This document shows positions 40,170 through 52,120 of a stretch of DNA of 64,000 nucleotides, one piece after another; position 1 is the first letter of the stretch, and every line of letters begins with the position of its first letter. The DNA is from Marsupella aquatica (taxonomy: Eukaryota; Plantae; Marchantiophyta): positions 3,026,031 through 3,090,030 of the forward strand of contig OZ316894.1 of NCBI GenBank assembly GCA_973895155.1, read 5' to 3'. A program made the position numbers and the translations under genes. A model generated the notes under the pieces. The model saw nothing but the letters and a program-made list of their open reading frames with translations. It had not been told where the DNA came from and ran no database searches.

Positions 40170-43100
40170 AGTCAAAGTTTTCATTACGCAAAAGATTTGA
40201 GGGGGAGAACTACCTCTCGTGGTCATTAGATATCAAAGCTAATCTATTAGCTAAAGATATATACGAGACTATACTTACCAACCAGGGCACGACAGCCCAG
40301 CAGAAGGCGAGAGCCTTGGTGTTTATAAGACACCATTTGGTCGAACCACTTAAACTTCAATATCTCAACGAGGAAAATCCCAAAAACCTTTGGGACCAAC
40401 TCAAAGAGAGATTTGATCACACGAAAACCATACATTTGCCTAGAGCCTGCCACAATTGGGTGAACCTTCGCGTTCAAGACCATACGTCGATAGCTAATTA
40501 CAATAGCAAACTATTCCGTATAACATCCCAACTCATCCTGTGCGGCCAACCCATTACCGATGAGGAACAGATAGAGAAAACCCTATCTACCTTCCACACA
40601 AGTAACACCATACTATCCTCCCAATACTGAAACATGAAGTTCGCGAAGTACTCGGAACTCATCGCCCATATGTTGCTATCAGAGAGACATCAAGAGTTAA
40701 TCTTGAAGAACTCAAAGATGCGACCCCCGGGAACCCTTCCATCGACCCCCGCAACCGAGACAAACTTTGGACAACCTTCCAATAGCAGAGACAACCAACG
40801 AGGCGGCTTCGGCCGCAACGGAATAGGAAGACCAGCCTTCACAGGAGGAAGGCAATACGGAGGCGGAAGATTGACCTACTTCAAGGGGAGAGGAAGAGGC
40901 CGAGGCAATGGAGGAGGCCGCAGACAAGGCAGATCCAACTTCAACTACACCCGTGGAGGAACGGGAAGATCAAGCAGACCAGCCCAACAGGGCAGTTCAT
41001 CCCAGAAGAACTCAGGAAGATCCACCATGGAGTGCTTCCGATGTGGTACCATGGGCCACCCACAGAGAGTGTGCCATATACCGCAACACCTGGTAGAATT
41101 ATACCAGCAAAATAGAACCAATAGAACTCAGGAGGCACACGACACCTTCTTGGAGCAGGACGAACAATTAGAGAACTACGTCAATCACGACAAAGCCATG
41201 CCCGAGTCACACATGACTTTACACGAGCAGGATCCTTTACCATTAGATGACATTAGAACCTGCATCATAGACAATGGTACGTCTCACACCATATTAAAGT
41301 GTAGAGACTACTTCACTCACATTACTCCCTCACACAGAAACACGACCACCATTATAGGGAGCAACCAGATAGAAGAGGGCAACGGCCCTGCCACTATCAC
41401 ATTACCCCAAGGCACTACCATTCATATTAAATCTGCTATAGACTATGCCCCTAATGCCACTCGAAACTTGATTAGCTTCAAGGACATTAGGGACAACGGA
41501 TATCATATCCACACTAACACAGACAAAGACCAGGAAGTAATTCATATCTTAAAGAATACTTCCAATGGAATGCTAATAAAAGAAACACTTTTTGCGTATC
41601 CGCTGAGTGGGTTTTTATGTCACACAGTTGAATGCTTTCCATTCAACTACGCCTGACACGTCACTATATGACTTATGGCATACCAGACTTGGACACCCTT
41701 GCATGACCATGTTTCACAAGATGAAAAGAGTAACCCACGGAATACCACCAAATGCACGCCCAACAAACCATAACCAATCTTGCATGGCATGTTCTCAAGG
41801 AAAACTAATCCTTAGATCATCCGTCTCCAAGACAATCCATGAAATGCCCAGATTCTTGGAACGAGTGCATGCAGACATCTGTGGACCTATTGAACCACCA
41901 TGTGGACCATTTTGCTTTTTCCTAGTCATCATTGACGCATCCTCGAAATGGTCGCAAGTTTCGCTGCTTTCCACATGAAACATGGTTTTTCCACAACTTT
42001 TAGCACACATCCTCAAACTAAAAGCCCAATTCCCTGAAAACCTTATCAAAATGATTAGGGTTGATAATGCAGGAAAATTAATTTACTTCAAAAACATTTG
42101 GTATGGCGATAGGAATAGACACCCAATACCCTTTACCCCATGTACATTTCCAAAATGGCATAGCTAAATTTGTCATTAAGAGAATACAAACTATGATAGC
42201 AAGACCCATGCTTATGCAGACGCAGTTACCAACAACCGCATGGGGTCACGTTGTATTACATGCAACAACTTTACTTAAATATCGCCCATCAGCGTATAAT
42301 GACCAAACTCCATACCACCTAGCTTAAATTGGAGTAAATCCTGACTTATCACACGTCAAAACTTTTGGTTGTCAAGTACTCGTCCCCATAATGGGACCCA
42401 AACGCACTAAGATGGGACCTCAAAGACAGAAAGGCATATATGTTGGTTTCGAGTCACCATCCATAATAAGGTACTTAGAACCAACAACCGCCAATGTCTT
42501 TCAAGCGAGGTTCCCTGACTGCCATTTTTACGAGAATGTTTTCCCCAAACTATTTGAAGGAAAACCACAATTTGAACGACCTCGTAACTTAGAATTACGA
42601 TGGCAAACTCAATCCACTAATTGGAACGATCCACGGACACGATAATGCGAAGAAGAAGTCCACAGGATTTTACAATTAACCAAGATTGTGGAGCAAATGC
42701 CAGATGCATTTACAGATATTGCGCAGGTGACTAGATCACATATCCCTGCCGCAAACGCTCCAACACGCCTATAAGAATCCACACAACTGGCAACGGACCA
42801 ACCACCAAGAGTAAAACGTGGACGTCCATTGGGATCAAAAGATCTACCCAACCAAGGCAAAGAAAAACTATAACCACAATAATATCACGTGCAATACCAG
42901 AAGTGATACCCACACCAAACCCTGTGGAAATCCCAGAAAATGAAGAAATCTCAATTCATTATATGAATACTATGACCATTTGGAATATAAATAATATTCC
43001 TATGGATGACAACTTTGCCTACCACATTTCCCAAAACATCACGGATACACAACCTGACTGCAAAACAATCAAAGAGGCACCGAAAAGCCCATATTGGTCA

Positions 43101-44024
43101 GAATGGGAAAAGACAATTAACTCAGAATTGGATTCACTAATTAAACGACAAGTGTTCGGACCCATCGTCCTAGCACCACAAGACACCCACTTAGCAGACT
43201 ATAAGAGGACATTCGTTAAAAAGAGAAACGCACAAGGTCAAGTTGCAAGATATAAAGCATCCCTTGTTGCAAAAGGATACACACAAATACCTGGATGCGA
43301 CTTTGACTTGACTTACGCACCAGTGATGGATGCAGTCACCTACTGATACCTAGTTGGATTTTCCCTAGGTCATCGACTACAAATGCATCAAATGGATGTT
43401 GTAACATCATACTTATATGGATTACTGGATACTACCATATATATATATATGAAAGCACCCCCAGAACTAATAAAGAGACAGACATATCACATTCAGGGGG
43501 AGCGTAAAACACCATGGAGTGGACCTATTGTCCTCCATAAGAGTGGACCTATTGTCCCTCCAACACACAAATTCATACCTCTGGCCAAGAATGGATACGC
43601 TGTCCACGTATTTGAGATGAAAGACTTAGGCCAAACACACTATAATTGTTTGGGCCTACAATTTGAACATCTATCTGATGGTATATTTTTACATCAGAGC
43701 ACCTATACCACCAAAATCCTCAAACAATTCAACATGGACAAGGCGCATCCTCTAACTTCTCCTATGGAAGTACGATCTCTAGACAGAGAAAATGATGCAT
43801 TCAGAAAAAGAAATGAAAATGAACCATTACTTGGTCCTGAAAAACCATACTTATCAGCAATAGGAGCACTCATGTTCCTAGCCAACCAAACACGACCAGA
43901 TATTTCTTTTGTAGTAAACCTACTAGCCAGACACAGTGCACAACCTACTATACGCCACTGGAATGGCATAAAAAGAATAATGTGTTATCTTCAAGGAACT
44001 ATTGATATGAGACAATATTTCCCC
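40170..44024 (+). mobile_element. Ty1/copia LTR retrotransposon relic, Bianca-like lineage; gag-PR-INT-RT, truncated before RNase H
   Basis: Gag EGENYLSW..ALVFIRHHL..LWDQLKERFDH..EKTLSTFH; zinc knuckle CFRCGTMGHPQRVC; protease CIIDNGTSHTIL; GAG-pre-integrase LWHTRLGHP; integrase VHADICGP, RVDNAG; RT YAPVMD, QMDVVTSYLYG, FEMKDLG, YLSAIGALMFLA. Several stops and frameshifts; no paired LTRs seen. Confidence 0.92.
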
Positions 44025-44593
44025 GTCACCGGGGTTACTTCCATAACCCCAATTAGGAACCAATGTAACCCTCTTTACCACACATATATAAAGCCACCCG
44101 AGGGAGAAGGGGTGACAGTTGGAGCTTTATACTCAAATAATATTCAATTTTTCCAAGTAGAATTATTGGTTTTCATGGAATCTATTGATTTCATGAGAGT
44201 ACCATGGGAGTGGCAATCACACTCAACGAAAATCCATTTATGAATTTTATTACATTCATTGGATCGTTCAAATGCTACAAGCATTGTTGTTTCCAATAAA
44301 ATGTGATTCCTAGTAGAAAATGCATTTAATAAATCTCCGATGATTTCATCATTTATTATTTTATTACTAAATAAGTAATTCACTGAATTATTTGGGTCTG
44401 TTTCAACAAGTTTAAAATTTTCTATTAATTTGATATTATTTTTAAGCGTTGCTTGAAATTCAATGAAGTATTTATTAATTTGTATATCAAAATTTGATCA
44501 TCCAATAAGCGAGGAAAATGATGTTTCGAAGTAATCGCTAATTGATTGAAATTATTATTTCGACAAAAAAAAAGATGAAACAAATCCAATACA
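44025..44593 (-). other. unidentified AT-rich coding-like fragment, probably organellar (ycf1/ycf2-like?)
   Basis: Mostly open Asn/Ile/Lys-rich frame on minus (SNFDIQINKYFIEFQATLKNNIKLIENF...NKIHKWIFVE), fused directly to the truncated rps19. Confidence 0.35.
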
Positions 44594-44697
44594 GGACCAT
44601 GTAATTATTATTTTTTCTCTCTCCTAAGATTAAAATTCTCAATTTTTTTTAATAAATGGTTGGCTACAAAGGGACCTTTACCGATTGAACATGTCAT
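44594..44697 (-). pseudogene. rps19: plastid rps19 5' fragment (NUPT)
   Basis: [29 protein letters not shown] then IIITWS after a frameshift; directly downstream of rpl2, as in plastid gene order. Confidence 0.88.
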
Positions 44698-44736
44698 TGC
44701 CAATAATCCTCTAATTTTCCTTCTTAATTTTTTTAA

Positions 44737-45167
44737 TTTAATCCTGCGACGGAGTATGAGAGTATCATTATATTTATGAATTTTCCTCTCCTTTTTCCAA
44801 GTGTGGGATGACCCCAAGGTGTTAGTGGTTTTTTTACGACCGATTGGTACTCTTCCTTCGCCACCCCCATGGGGATGATCAATGGGGTTCATTACTACTC
44901 CTCTAACTTTTGGTCATTTACCTAACCATCGTTTTGATCCCGCTTTACCTATTCTTACGTTATTCGCATCAACATTTCCCATTTGTCCTATTGTTGCTAG
45001 ACATTTTTGAGGTACTAAGCGAATTTCCCCCGAAGGTAATCTTATTGTTACTAATTGACCCTCTTTCGCAATAATCTTTGCAACAGTATCAGCTGCTCTG
45101 ACTAATTGTCCTCCTTTACCAGGTGTTAATTCAATATTATGACTAGTAGTTCCCAATGGCATATTGG
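44737..45167 (-). pseudogene. rpl2: plastid rpl2 exon 2 (NUPT)
   Basis: [66 protein letters not shown]; has an in-frame TGA and a frameshift. Confidence 0.93.
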
Positions 45168-45440
45168 TTGAAGTAGACTTTGATATTTCAAAAGAATCCG
45201 GAGCCTCTTCCCAAACTGTACAAGCTTTTTTCAAAGCATACAGCTTTCTAAAAATTTATATATACAAAATTCTTTACATTCTTGGTTTCTTTCCCATCAT
45301 CTGGCTTTTGTTCCTTATTTGGCATCAGAATTTATACATTCACGTTTTGTAGTCAACAAGTTTATAACTTGGGAAGTATATTAACATTGTATTAATCATT
45401 TCATTTCCCATTTGTCTATGACCTACCAATTGAAATTAAT
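45168..45440 (-). other. 3' part of the plastid rpl2 group II intron (domains V-VI)
   Basis: Minus-strand AAAGCTGTATGCTTTGAAAAAAGCTTGTACAGTTT (45213-45247) forms a domain V-like hairpin with the AGC triad, followed by ..CTACTTCAA| at the exon 2 junction. The far boundary is approximate. Confidence 0.8.
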
Positions 45441-46921
45441 TAATAGAATTTATTGGCTGAACTTTTGTGGTGGGAGCCCAAAATGGCTCCAAACTTTTTT
45501 TCTGCGCATACGTTTTCTCCACATACGTTTTCTCCACATATGCTTTCTCCACATACGTATAAAGGCACACAAATATACTTTAGTCACAATATAGACAATA
45601 TACTCATTCTAACACGGAGTACTCGAGATCAAGACAAATTGAAGTACACAGAGTATATTGTATTCAACACGAATGAAAGTACATTAAATACTCCCCCCTC
45701 AATGTCTGTGTGTACTTGATTCTCTCACCATTTAATGTCTTTGTCTTTTAATTATCAGAATTTCTTAATGCTTTTATATATCTCCCCTTGGGACCAAAGT
45801 CACCTTGAAAAGGTACGACTCTTAAAGGGGCTTCTTTTTTGTTTTTGGGTGAAATTGGTCACCTCGAAAAGATTTTTAAAGGGGCTTTTTTTTTATAGAA
45901 AAAACGATGAATAAGGAGCATGCCCTATGGTTGATCTCATTATTTTATTTTCTTTGAGAATTAAAACAGATAGAGAATCAAGGGTATTTTAAAGAATGGG
46001 AAAATCAAAAAGACAAAAAGAGACATTTTTATTTTTTGGCCCGGATGGAGGATTACTTTAAGGGGAGAAATAATAAGGGTTTAAAGAATTTTTTCTTTAA
46101 TTGCTGAGAGGTTTAAGGGTATTTAAGGGAGAGATTTTCAAAATGGTCTTTGTTTATATTTTTTTCTTGCTAGAGGGGGCAGACACTAGTTGAGTGTATC
46201 GAACAAGCTAACCCCTATTCTATCTTAGAAGTGGGGAGCGATGGATGGTTTAAGGGTCTTTTAAGGGGAGGAACAATAAAGACAAAGAATGGAGAGATTT
46301 CAGGTTTTATAAATCTTTCCTTTTTCTTGCAAGAGGAGGGTCAACATCAAAACAAAAAATGTGTTTTTATTCCTTTTGTGGACTTCTCACTCATTTTTCA
46401 ACATAGAAATAGATTTTTATTTGAGTAATTCTAGAAGAATGGGTGGGTGTGCTTTTAATTAGGTTAGGTATGATATTAATTAGTCGCTAATGAAATTGGG
46501 TATGACATTAATTAGGAACTTAGAGATGATTAGCATAAAAGGGAGAGTCTCTCAGTTCATTCTCCTCATTCTCTTCTCTTCTCCTCTCATTGCTTATTCT
46601 TTTGCTTTTTTTTGGCCAAAGCGACCTCATAGGCATTTGCTGGGGCAAGCGGCGCCATAAGCGTTGCTTGCAACCTACCATTTGCCTAGGTGGTCGTGGA
46701 GGGACGCGCTTGATCATTAGGGTCGTTCATAGGTAGTTTTCTATCGTATTCTCTTGGACTAGTGCGAGTTTGCTCTAGCCGGTGTTAGCAATGACCTAGT
46801 CATTTGCTACAGACCTGCCTATAGTCACTTAATCTAGTACATTTGGCCCGACATTTGGATGCAACTCTTTTTTGTTGGAGATATACTTTGGCTTTGTGTT
46901 GTCATCGATGGAGTGTTCTTG

Positions 46922-47058
46922 ATGCATACAATGCTTGTTGCTTGAGAAATATTTTGCCTACGAGCGTGTTCATCCTTTAGATGCTGGTCGATGCATACAA
47001 TGCTTGTTGCTTGAGAAATATTTTGCCGACGAGCGTGTTCATCCTTCAGATGCTGGTT
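46922..47058. repeat. ~69 bp tandem duplication
   Basis: 'gatgcatacaatgcttgttgcttgagaaatattttgcc.acgagcgtgttcatcctt.agatgctggt' occurs twice. Confidence 0.9.
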
Positions 47059-47349
47059 TGTATATACATCAACGAAAGGTTGACGATGAGAGGAGAAAAA
47101 GATTAAATTCTTTATGATTTATTTCAGATTAGGTGGTGGACGATTTAGGGTTAATTTAGGTTAGTCTTTTAGATACATTTAGGTTTTGATACAATTTTTT
47201 CTCTTATCAAATAAAAATTACATGTATGAATTCTATTTCAAACTTATATTATTTTGAGGTATCATATTATAATGAATTATCTCAAATTTAAATGCAACCC
47301 CAACTTATCATGTTTTTGTACTATTGCGAGTCAAATTTGGGTCAAAGCA

Positions 47350-47415
47350 TTTCAGGACCCGAGTTTTGAACCTGAGACCTCCCCCTCACGAGAGTGATCA
47401 CTATACTAATGAAAC
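47350..47415 (-). mobile_element. possible tRNA-derived SINE head fragment
   Basis: Minus strand ..gagggggaggtctcaGGTTCAAAACtc resembles the B-box region of the SINE at 37867; no TSD found. Confidence 0.35.
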
Positions 47416-47843
47416 ATTCATGTATTGGTGACAATAACTAATCAGTCACAAATTATAAAGAGTAGTTCAGCTTTTGTGACCAAACCCCTTTGGTCACGGA
47501 CATTTTACCTTTAATAATTTTCCATATTACAATATTTCTAGAGTATTTGATTTTATAAAAAATCAAATTGAATTTTATCACTTGCTATTTATCCTTTCAG
47601 TTTCTCTCAAGATTTTCTAAATACATTAGTGAGAGATTCTAACTTTTAAGTCAGTCCGTCATTCCCGCCCTTGCATTGCATGTCAGATGGGGGGAGTACA
47701 CTGGTGAAATGGCTAATAATAACAGTTACCAGGGTTTGGGACAGGTGACAATTATGACACTCTCCTTGCATTCCGTGTCACATAGGTCTGGAGTGCATTG
47801 GGGAAAGGGCTAATACAGTTGCCAGGGTTTAGGGACGGTGACT

Positions 47844-48060
47844 GTACTTGCAAGTACAATGAGGACATCAGGAGTACTTTGCAAGTACAATGAGGACATC
47901 AGTGGAGTACTTGCAAGTACAATGAGCAGATCAAGTGGAGGGACTCTACTGACTCTACTTGCAAGTACCAGGGTTTGGGACCAGTGACTGTACTTCCAAT
48001 TACAATGAGGAGATCAAGTGGAGGGACTCTACTTGCAAGTAACAGGAGGATCAAGTGGAG
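47844..48060. repeat. array built on the 14 bp palindrome GTACTTGCAAGTAC
   Basis: Perfect copies at 47844 and 47907, variants at ~47874, 47956, 47990 and 48030, mostly followed by AATGAG. Confidence 0.85.
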
Positions 48061-48649
48061 GACCAAGAAGGATTGTCCTTCCTGCATGTTTTGCCCAGGC
48101 TTGTTTTATTTTCTCTCTTAGAGGTTTGCTTTCTGGATTTTCTTTGGCACAGAAAACCCTAATTTGTAAGACTACCACTCTTTAAGGACCTTTTTAAAGT
48201 GCACCCCATATCATTTCACTAAGCCAACAACTTTATAAGTGCTTACCCTGGATAAGAATCTATAAGCACTTAGTGTTACACGCACAATCCCATAAAATCG
48301 AATTTAGTGATAAATGCATCTCGTTCTTAGTAGAGTTAAAATACACTTAAGACGTTTTGTGCACAGAATTCAGGGCAGGGATGAGAGGTACGAGGCTGCT
48401 CACTGACTAAGGGGCACATTACACATTTAGCAGAGGGATGTAAATGATGTACACTTTCAAGTGTATTTTTTAGAGGGTGTGGGCTTATCTAGGAATGCAA
48501 CACCTGGTTTAGTGCATGATGGATAGACTTGCTGCACTGTAGAGGTCCTATTTACCCACAAACTGTGTGAGACAACGTGCATAACTTAGGAAGAAAAACA
48601 AAGCAGCTTTATTCCAATGGTATCTGGAAACGAGCTCGTTTCTCTGGCT

Positions 48650-48880
48650 ACCATTTCACAACCCCGGTTACAAGTTGGATGATCTCGATGAGCACTGGGA
48701 CGATGGCAACAATCATCGTCATTGTTCATCACCGATCCAGACGCTCGCGGGTTTCATTCACTACCATTTCACACTCCGGTTACAAGTTGGATGACTTCGA
48801 TGAGCATTGGCATGGGACGATGGCAACATCATCGTCAATGTTCATCACTGATCCATATCCTCGTGGGTTTCGTTCACTGG
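48650..48880. repeat. ~122 bp tandem duplication spanning the thaumatin stop and 3' UTR
   Basis: 'ctaccatttcaca..ccggttacaagttggatga..tcgatgagca.tgg..gacgatggcaac..atcatcgtca.tgttcatcac.gatcca' occurs twice. Confidence 0.85.
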
Positions 48881-50693
48881 TGACGTAATTCCGCCGGGAC
48901 AGAAAGTCACTTGGTAGTTTGAACCGGTCCCGCAGGTGAAGGTGGACGTCGCGTCATCGAAATTGTAACTATATGCATCAGGGCAAGCTGCCTTGAACAA
49001 CCTAGTGCCGTCAGTCGGTCCTCTGCCATTCGTACCATCAGTGTTGATGCATGTCAAAGCTCCAGACGGCAAAGTTTTTAGCTGATTGTTGCCCTTGCAG
49101 AGGGATCTGCAGAAGATTGATTCACATCGGGACACAATTCGTCAATATCGAAACTGCGGCCAGAAGAAACCTGGTAGATATTTAGTTTAGTTTTCAGCAG
49201 GGAGAATCACGTACATCCTCTAGACCTACAGTGGTTACTGATTAGGAATCCCTTAAAAAGCATGGCACAATATATACGTTACAAATTTGGAATCTAAGGT
49301 GGTGGAAGTTATAACCTGATATCGCTGATGGCGCATGTAATACTGCCACATCTGGGAGTGCCAAGTTTTTGTTGTTCTGCAACAGGATTGGTAACTATAA
49401 TGCTCACTCCGATGGTGTATGCATTCTGAATAACACAAACCACATAGTTACACGATAGTTTTCAGTTGCTTCGGATACATGGAACTTCTCACATATCTGC
49501 AAAGACATGAAATTTGAGTACATTGTTTCTGGAGGGTTAACATTTAAACGCCTAACAAGAATTGCAAATAATTACTTTTCTCGAGTTGCTTCTCGAGTTG
49601 CTGGCCAAATCTGATTAGTTCAAAACATAATGAAATTGTATGGTGCACGTCTAAAGGATGGATTGGGTGGAAGTACTGATACTGTTTTTCTGAAAAAACC
49701 CAAGTTCCAATCGAGTGCTTCATGTACTCACAACATTGCTCAGGTCATAGAAATCGCCGCTACCAGACCCAATCGTAAATTCCGCCAAGTCGGCAAGATT
49801 CCTATCTACGGCAGCGCTGGGACTACCAGACACAGCACATTTGCCGCCGACTGAAGCCCAGATGGTTCCAGCTGGCCACCGGCAGCCGCTTCCGAAGTCG
49901 AGAAACTGCTGTGCACCTGGTCCCAAATTGAATTGGCTGATTGCATTGTTTGAGCTTTGAGCACAAGTCGTGACCCCGTAGGGGCAACTGTTTACGATGT
50001 TAATTCCGCAACCTGTACATCAAGCAGCTTTATCAATATCAGCATTCTGATTGCAGCAATCCTTCTCTACCCAGAAATTTAGGCATTTAACAACTCTGCG
50101 ATGTAGGACGGGCTAGGCCTGGGTGTCACATCCGGCCCAAGGGTGTAGCACATGAACGACGTGACGTCGAATGAGTGGACTCTGAAGGCCCGAAATGAGG
50201 GATCTCGACTGTGGTGATCAGCAGCTTCGGCAGTGTATGTCGACTAGAATGTGTTGATCTGCTTGACCCATTGTAATCTATTCTCTCGATTCACTCCTTA
50301 TATGCATTGACAAGTACTTCCCTGGCTGTAACAAAGTGGAGACTTCTAGACATGCTAGCTGGCCTTAATTTGTCATGTTCATCTATACCATGCACCCACA
50401 CATGTAGATGTCACTGCAAATCATGTTATCCAGCCAGGGAACGAACTGTAGTACTGGGTCGGCAACACTACGTACTGTCCATGCTACTATATATACCATC
50501 CAATGAAGCATGTGGAGAGTTGCGATTTCTCGGAATGAATGTGGAGAAAATCAGACTAACTACGTACTAGACCATGCTCTCGTTAGAATTGCAGAATGAG
50601 ATTCACATGCACGTACTGACCTTGAACGACATTGATGGATACTGAAGCAAACGTGAGCACAGCCAAAAGGCTCATCAGGAGAGCACTTGCCAT
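48845..50693 (-). CDS. secreted thaumatin-like protein (PR-5 family), 4 exons, ~241 aa
   Basis: Exons 50621-50693 (signal peptide MASALLMSLLAVLTFASVSINVVQ), 49732-50012 (INIVNSCPY..LAEFTIG..DFYDLSNV), 49316-49425 (NAYTIG..CGSITC), 48845-49106 (LFKAACPDAYSYNFDDATSTFTC..YQVTFCP). Splice phases are consistent. TATATAAG lies upstream at ~50765-50772 on minus. Confidence 0.92.
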
Positions 50694-51959
50694 GTTTTCA
50701 AGATTTTGTGGTCACTTGAAATACTTGACTGCTCAATGCGAGACTAAACTCCATGAATGATTCTCTTATATAGAGTTTGGAAAGGTAGTTCTCTGGAGAC
50801 TTGGACCAATGTTCCACGAAGACTGCTGAGCTGCATGTCCAGGGAAAGTTTGTCCTTATCTACACACATTAATTTCAATTCCTATCTTCTTATCCAACCT
50901 GTAGGCCCTAATTGATTTAAGGTGTCAGCTAGTTGCAGTAGGGTCATTTTTCTTGGTCGCGAAAGACGTTGTATTTCAGAGAAATAGCACTCGAAAGAGA
51001 AGCTTAAGCGATAAGCCAAATGGGGAAACCAATCTATCGATTGTAACATTCTAAAGCGGCCAGAATATGCTTAATTAAAGGCTTCTGACCACGTTCCACT
51101 GCCGGGCCCTAAAATATCGGAGGGAGTATCGACCAATGACCTCCGGAAGCAAAGGTCAACACTGACTGAGGTAAAGGATAGTTGCGTAACAATAAGAGAT
51201 GCAGAGTGTATTAACCTTGTGTTCGAGGGTTCGATCATAATGCGACTCTTTGGGACTGCAAGTGAGAGCAAGTGAGAGCGTGCCCGGTTGTCTAGTTCCT
51301 AGCAATTCATTTCTAATTAAGCAGGTCCGGGATGTCAGGGCTGGATTAATTGTTTAGAATTAACAGTGGACTTCCAGGGGACTCGAGTTAGATTTCTTAA
51401 TAATCTTCTATAAATTTGGGTGCACCCTAAGTCTTTGAAGACTTTGGATGTATCGTGACTGAATCTTTCGATCATGCATGATAACCCAAATATGCATGTA
51501 CGTACTGTACGTTGATCGAGGTTCAGGAGCCCGAGCGGAGTAGTTTATTTTGGCCACGACGGTCGGTGGACTGGGCGTCATGAGGTGGTCCTTGAAAATC
51601 TTCACTCCTGACAAGCCAGCCAATCAAGGCTCTCAAAGGGCGAATCGCAGAAGAGCTCGATCAGATTGGAGCTGCCCCCATAGAATTATTTTGAGGAAGC
51701 GTGGGAGGGTGCAAGATAGCGTGAGCCGAGGCGTGAGGGCAGTACGTAGCGGACGTAGCGTGATCAGAGTGAGACCCGGAAGTAGGTCGATGTCGGGCAC
51801 TCAGACGAGCAACTAGCGCATATCCTGTTGGGTACTCTGGATAGAATGAGTACCGTCAGTGCCACTCTCCAGAGACTGAGTGCATAAATTAAGACAGAAT
51901 CGAAATTCACTACATAAATTACTACTTGGGCTTCTTCACTCCTTTCTATTCTTCCCTCC

Positions 51960-52120
51960 ATACTTTCTCTATAGTAGGCCAATGGATTCCCCCCTCTATC
52001 CGATTCCCTCCTCTATCCTCCCATTGTACTTGCAAGTACATACCCATACTTTCCCTATAGTAGGCCAATGGATTCCCCCCTCTATCCTCCCATTGTACTT
52101 GCAAGTACATGTCCATACCT
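51960..52120. repeat. tandem duplication containing GTACTTGCAAGTAC, oriented opposite to the 47844 array
   Basis: Palindrome at 52026-52039 and 52095-52108, each preceded by CTCCCATT (AATGGGAG on minus). Confidence 0.8.

Noticed and set aside
44594-45440. Functional nuclear-transferred rpl2/rps19
   Set aside because: Truncated, with a stop and frameshifts, and no transit peptide.
47844-48060. CRISPR-like array of palindromic repeats
   Set aside because: Intervening sequences are themselves repeats of irregular length, there are no cas genes, and the context is eukaryotic.
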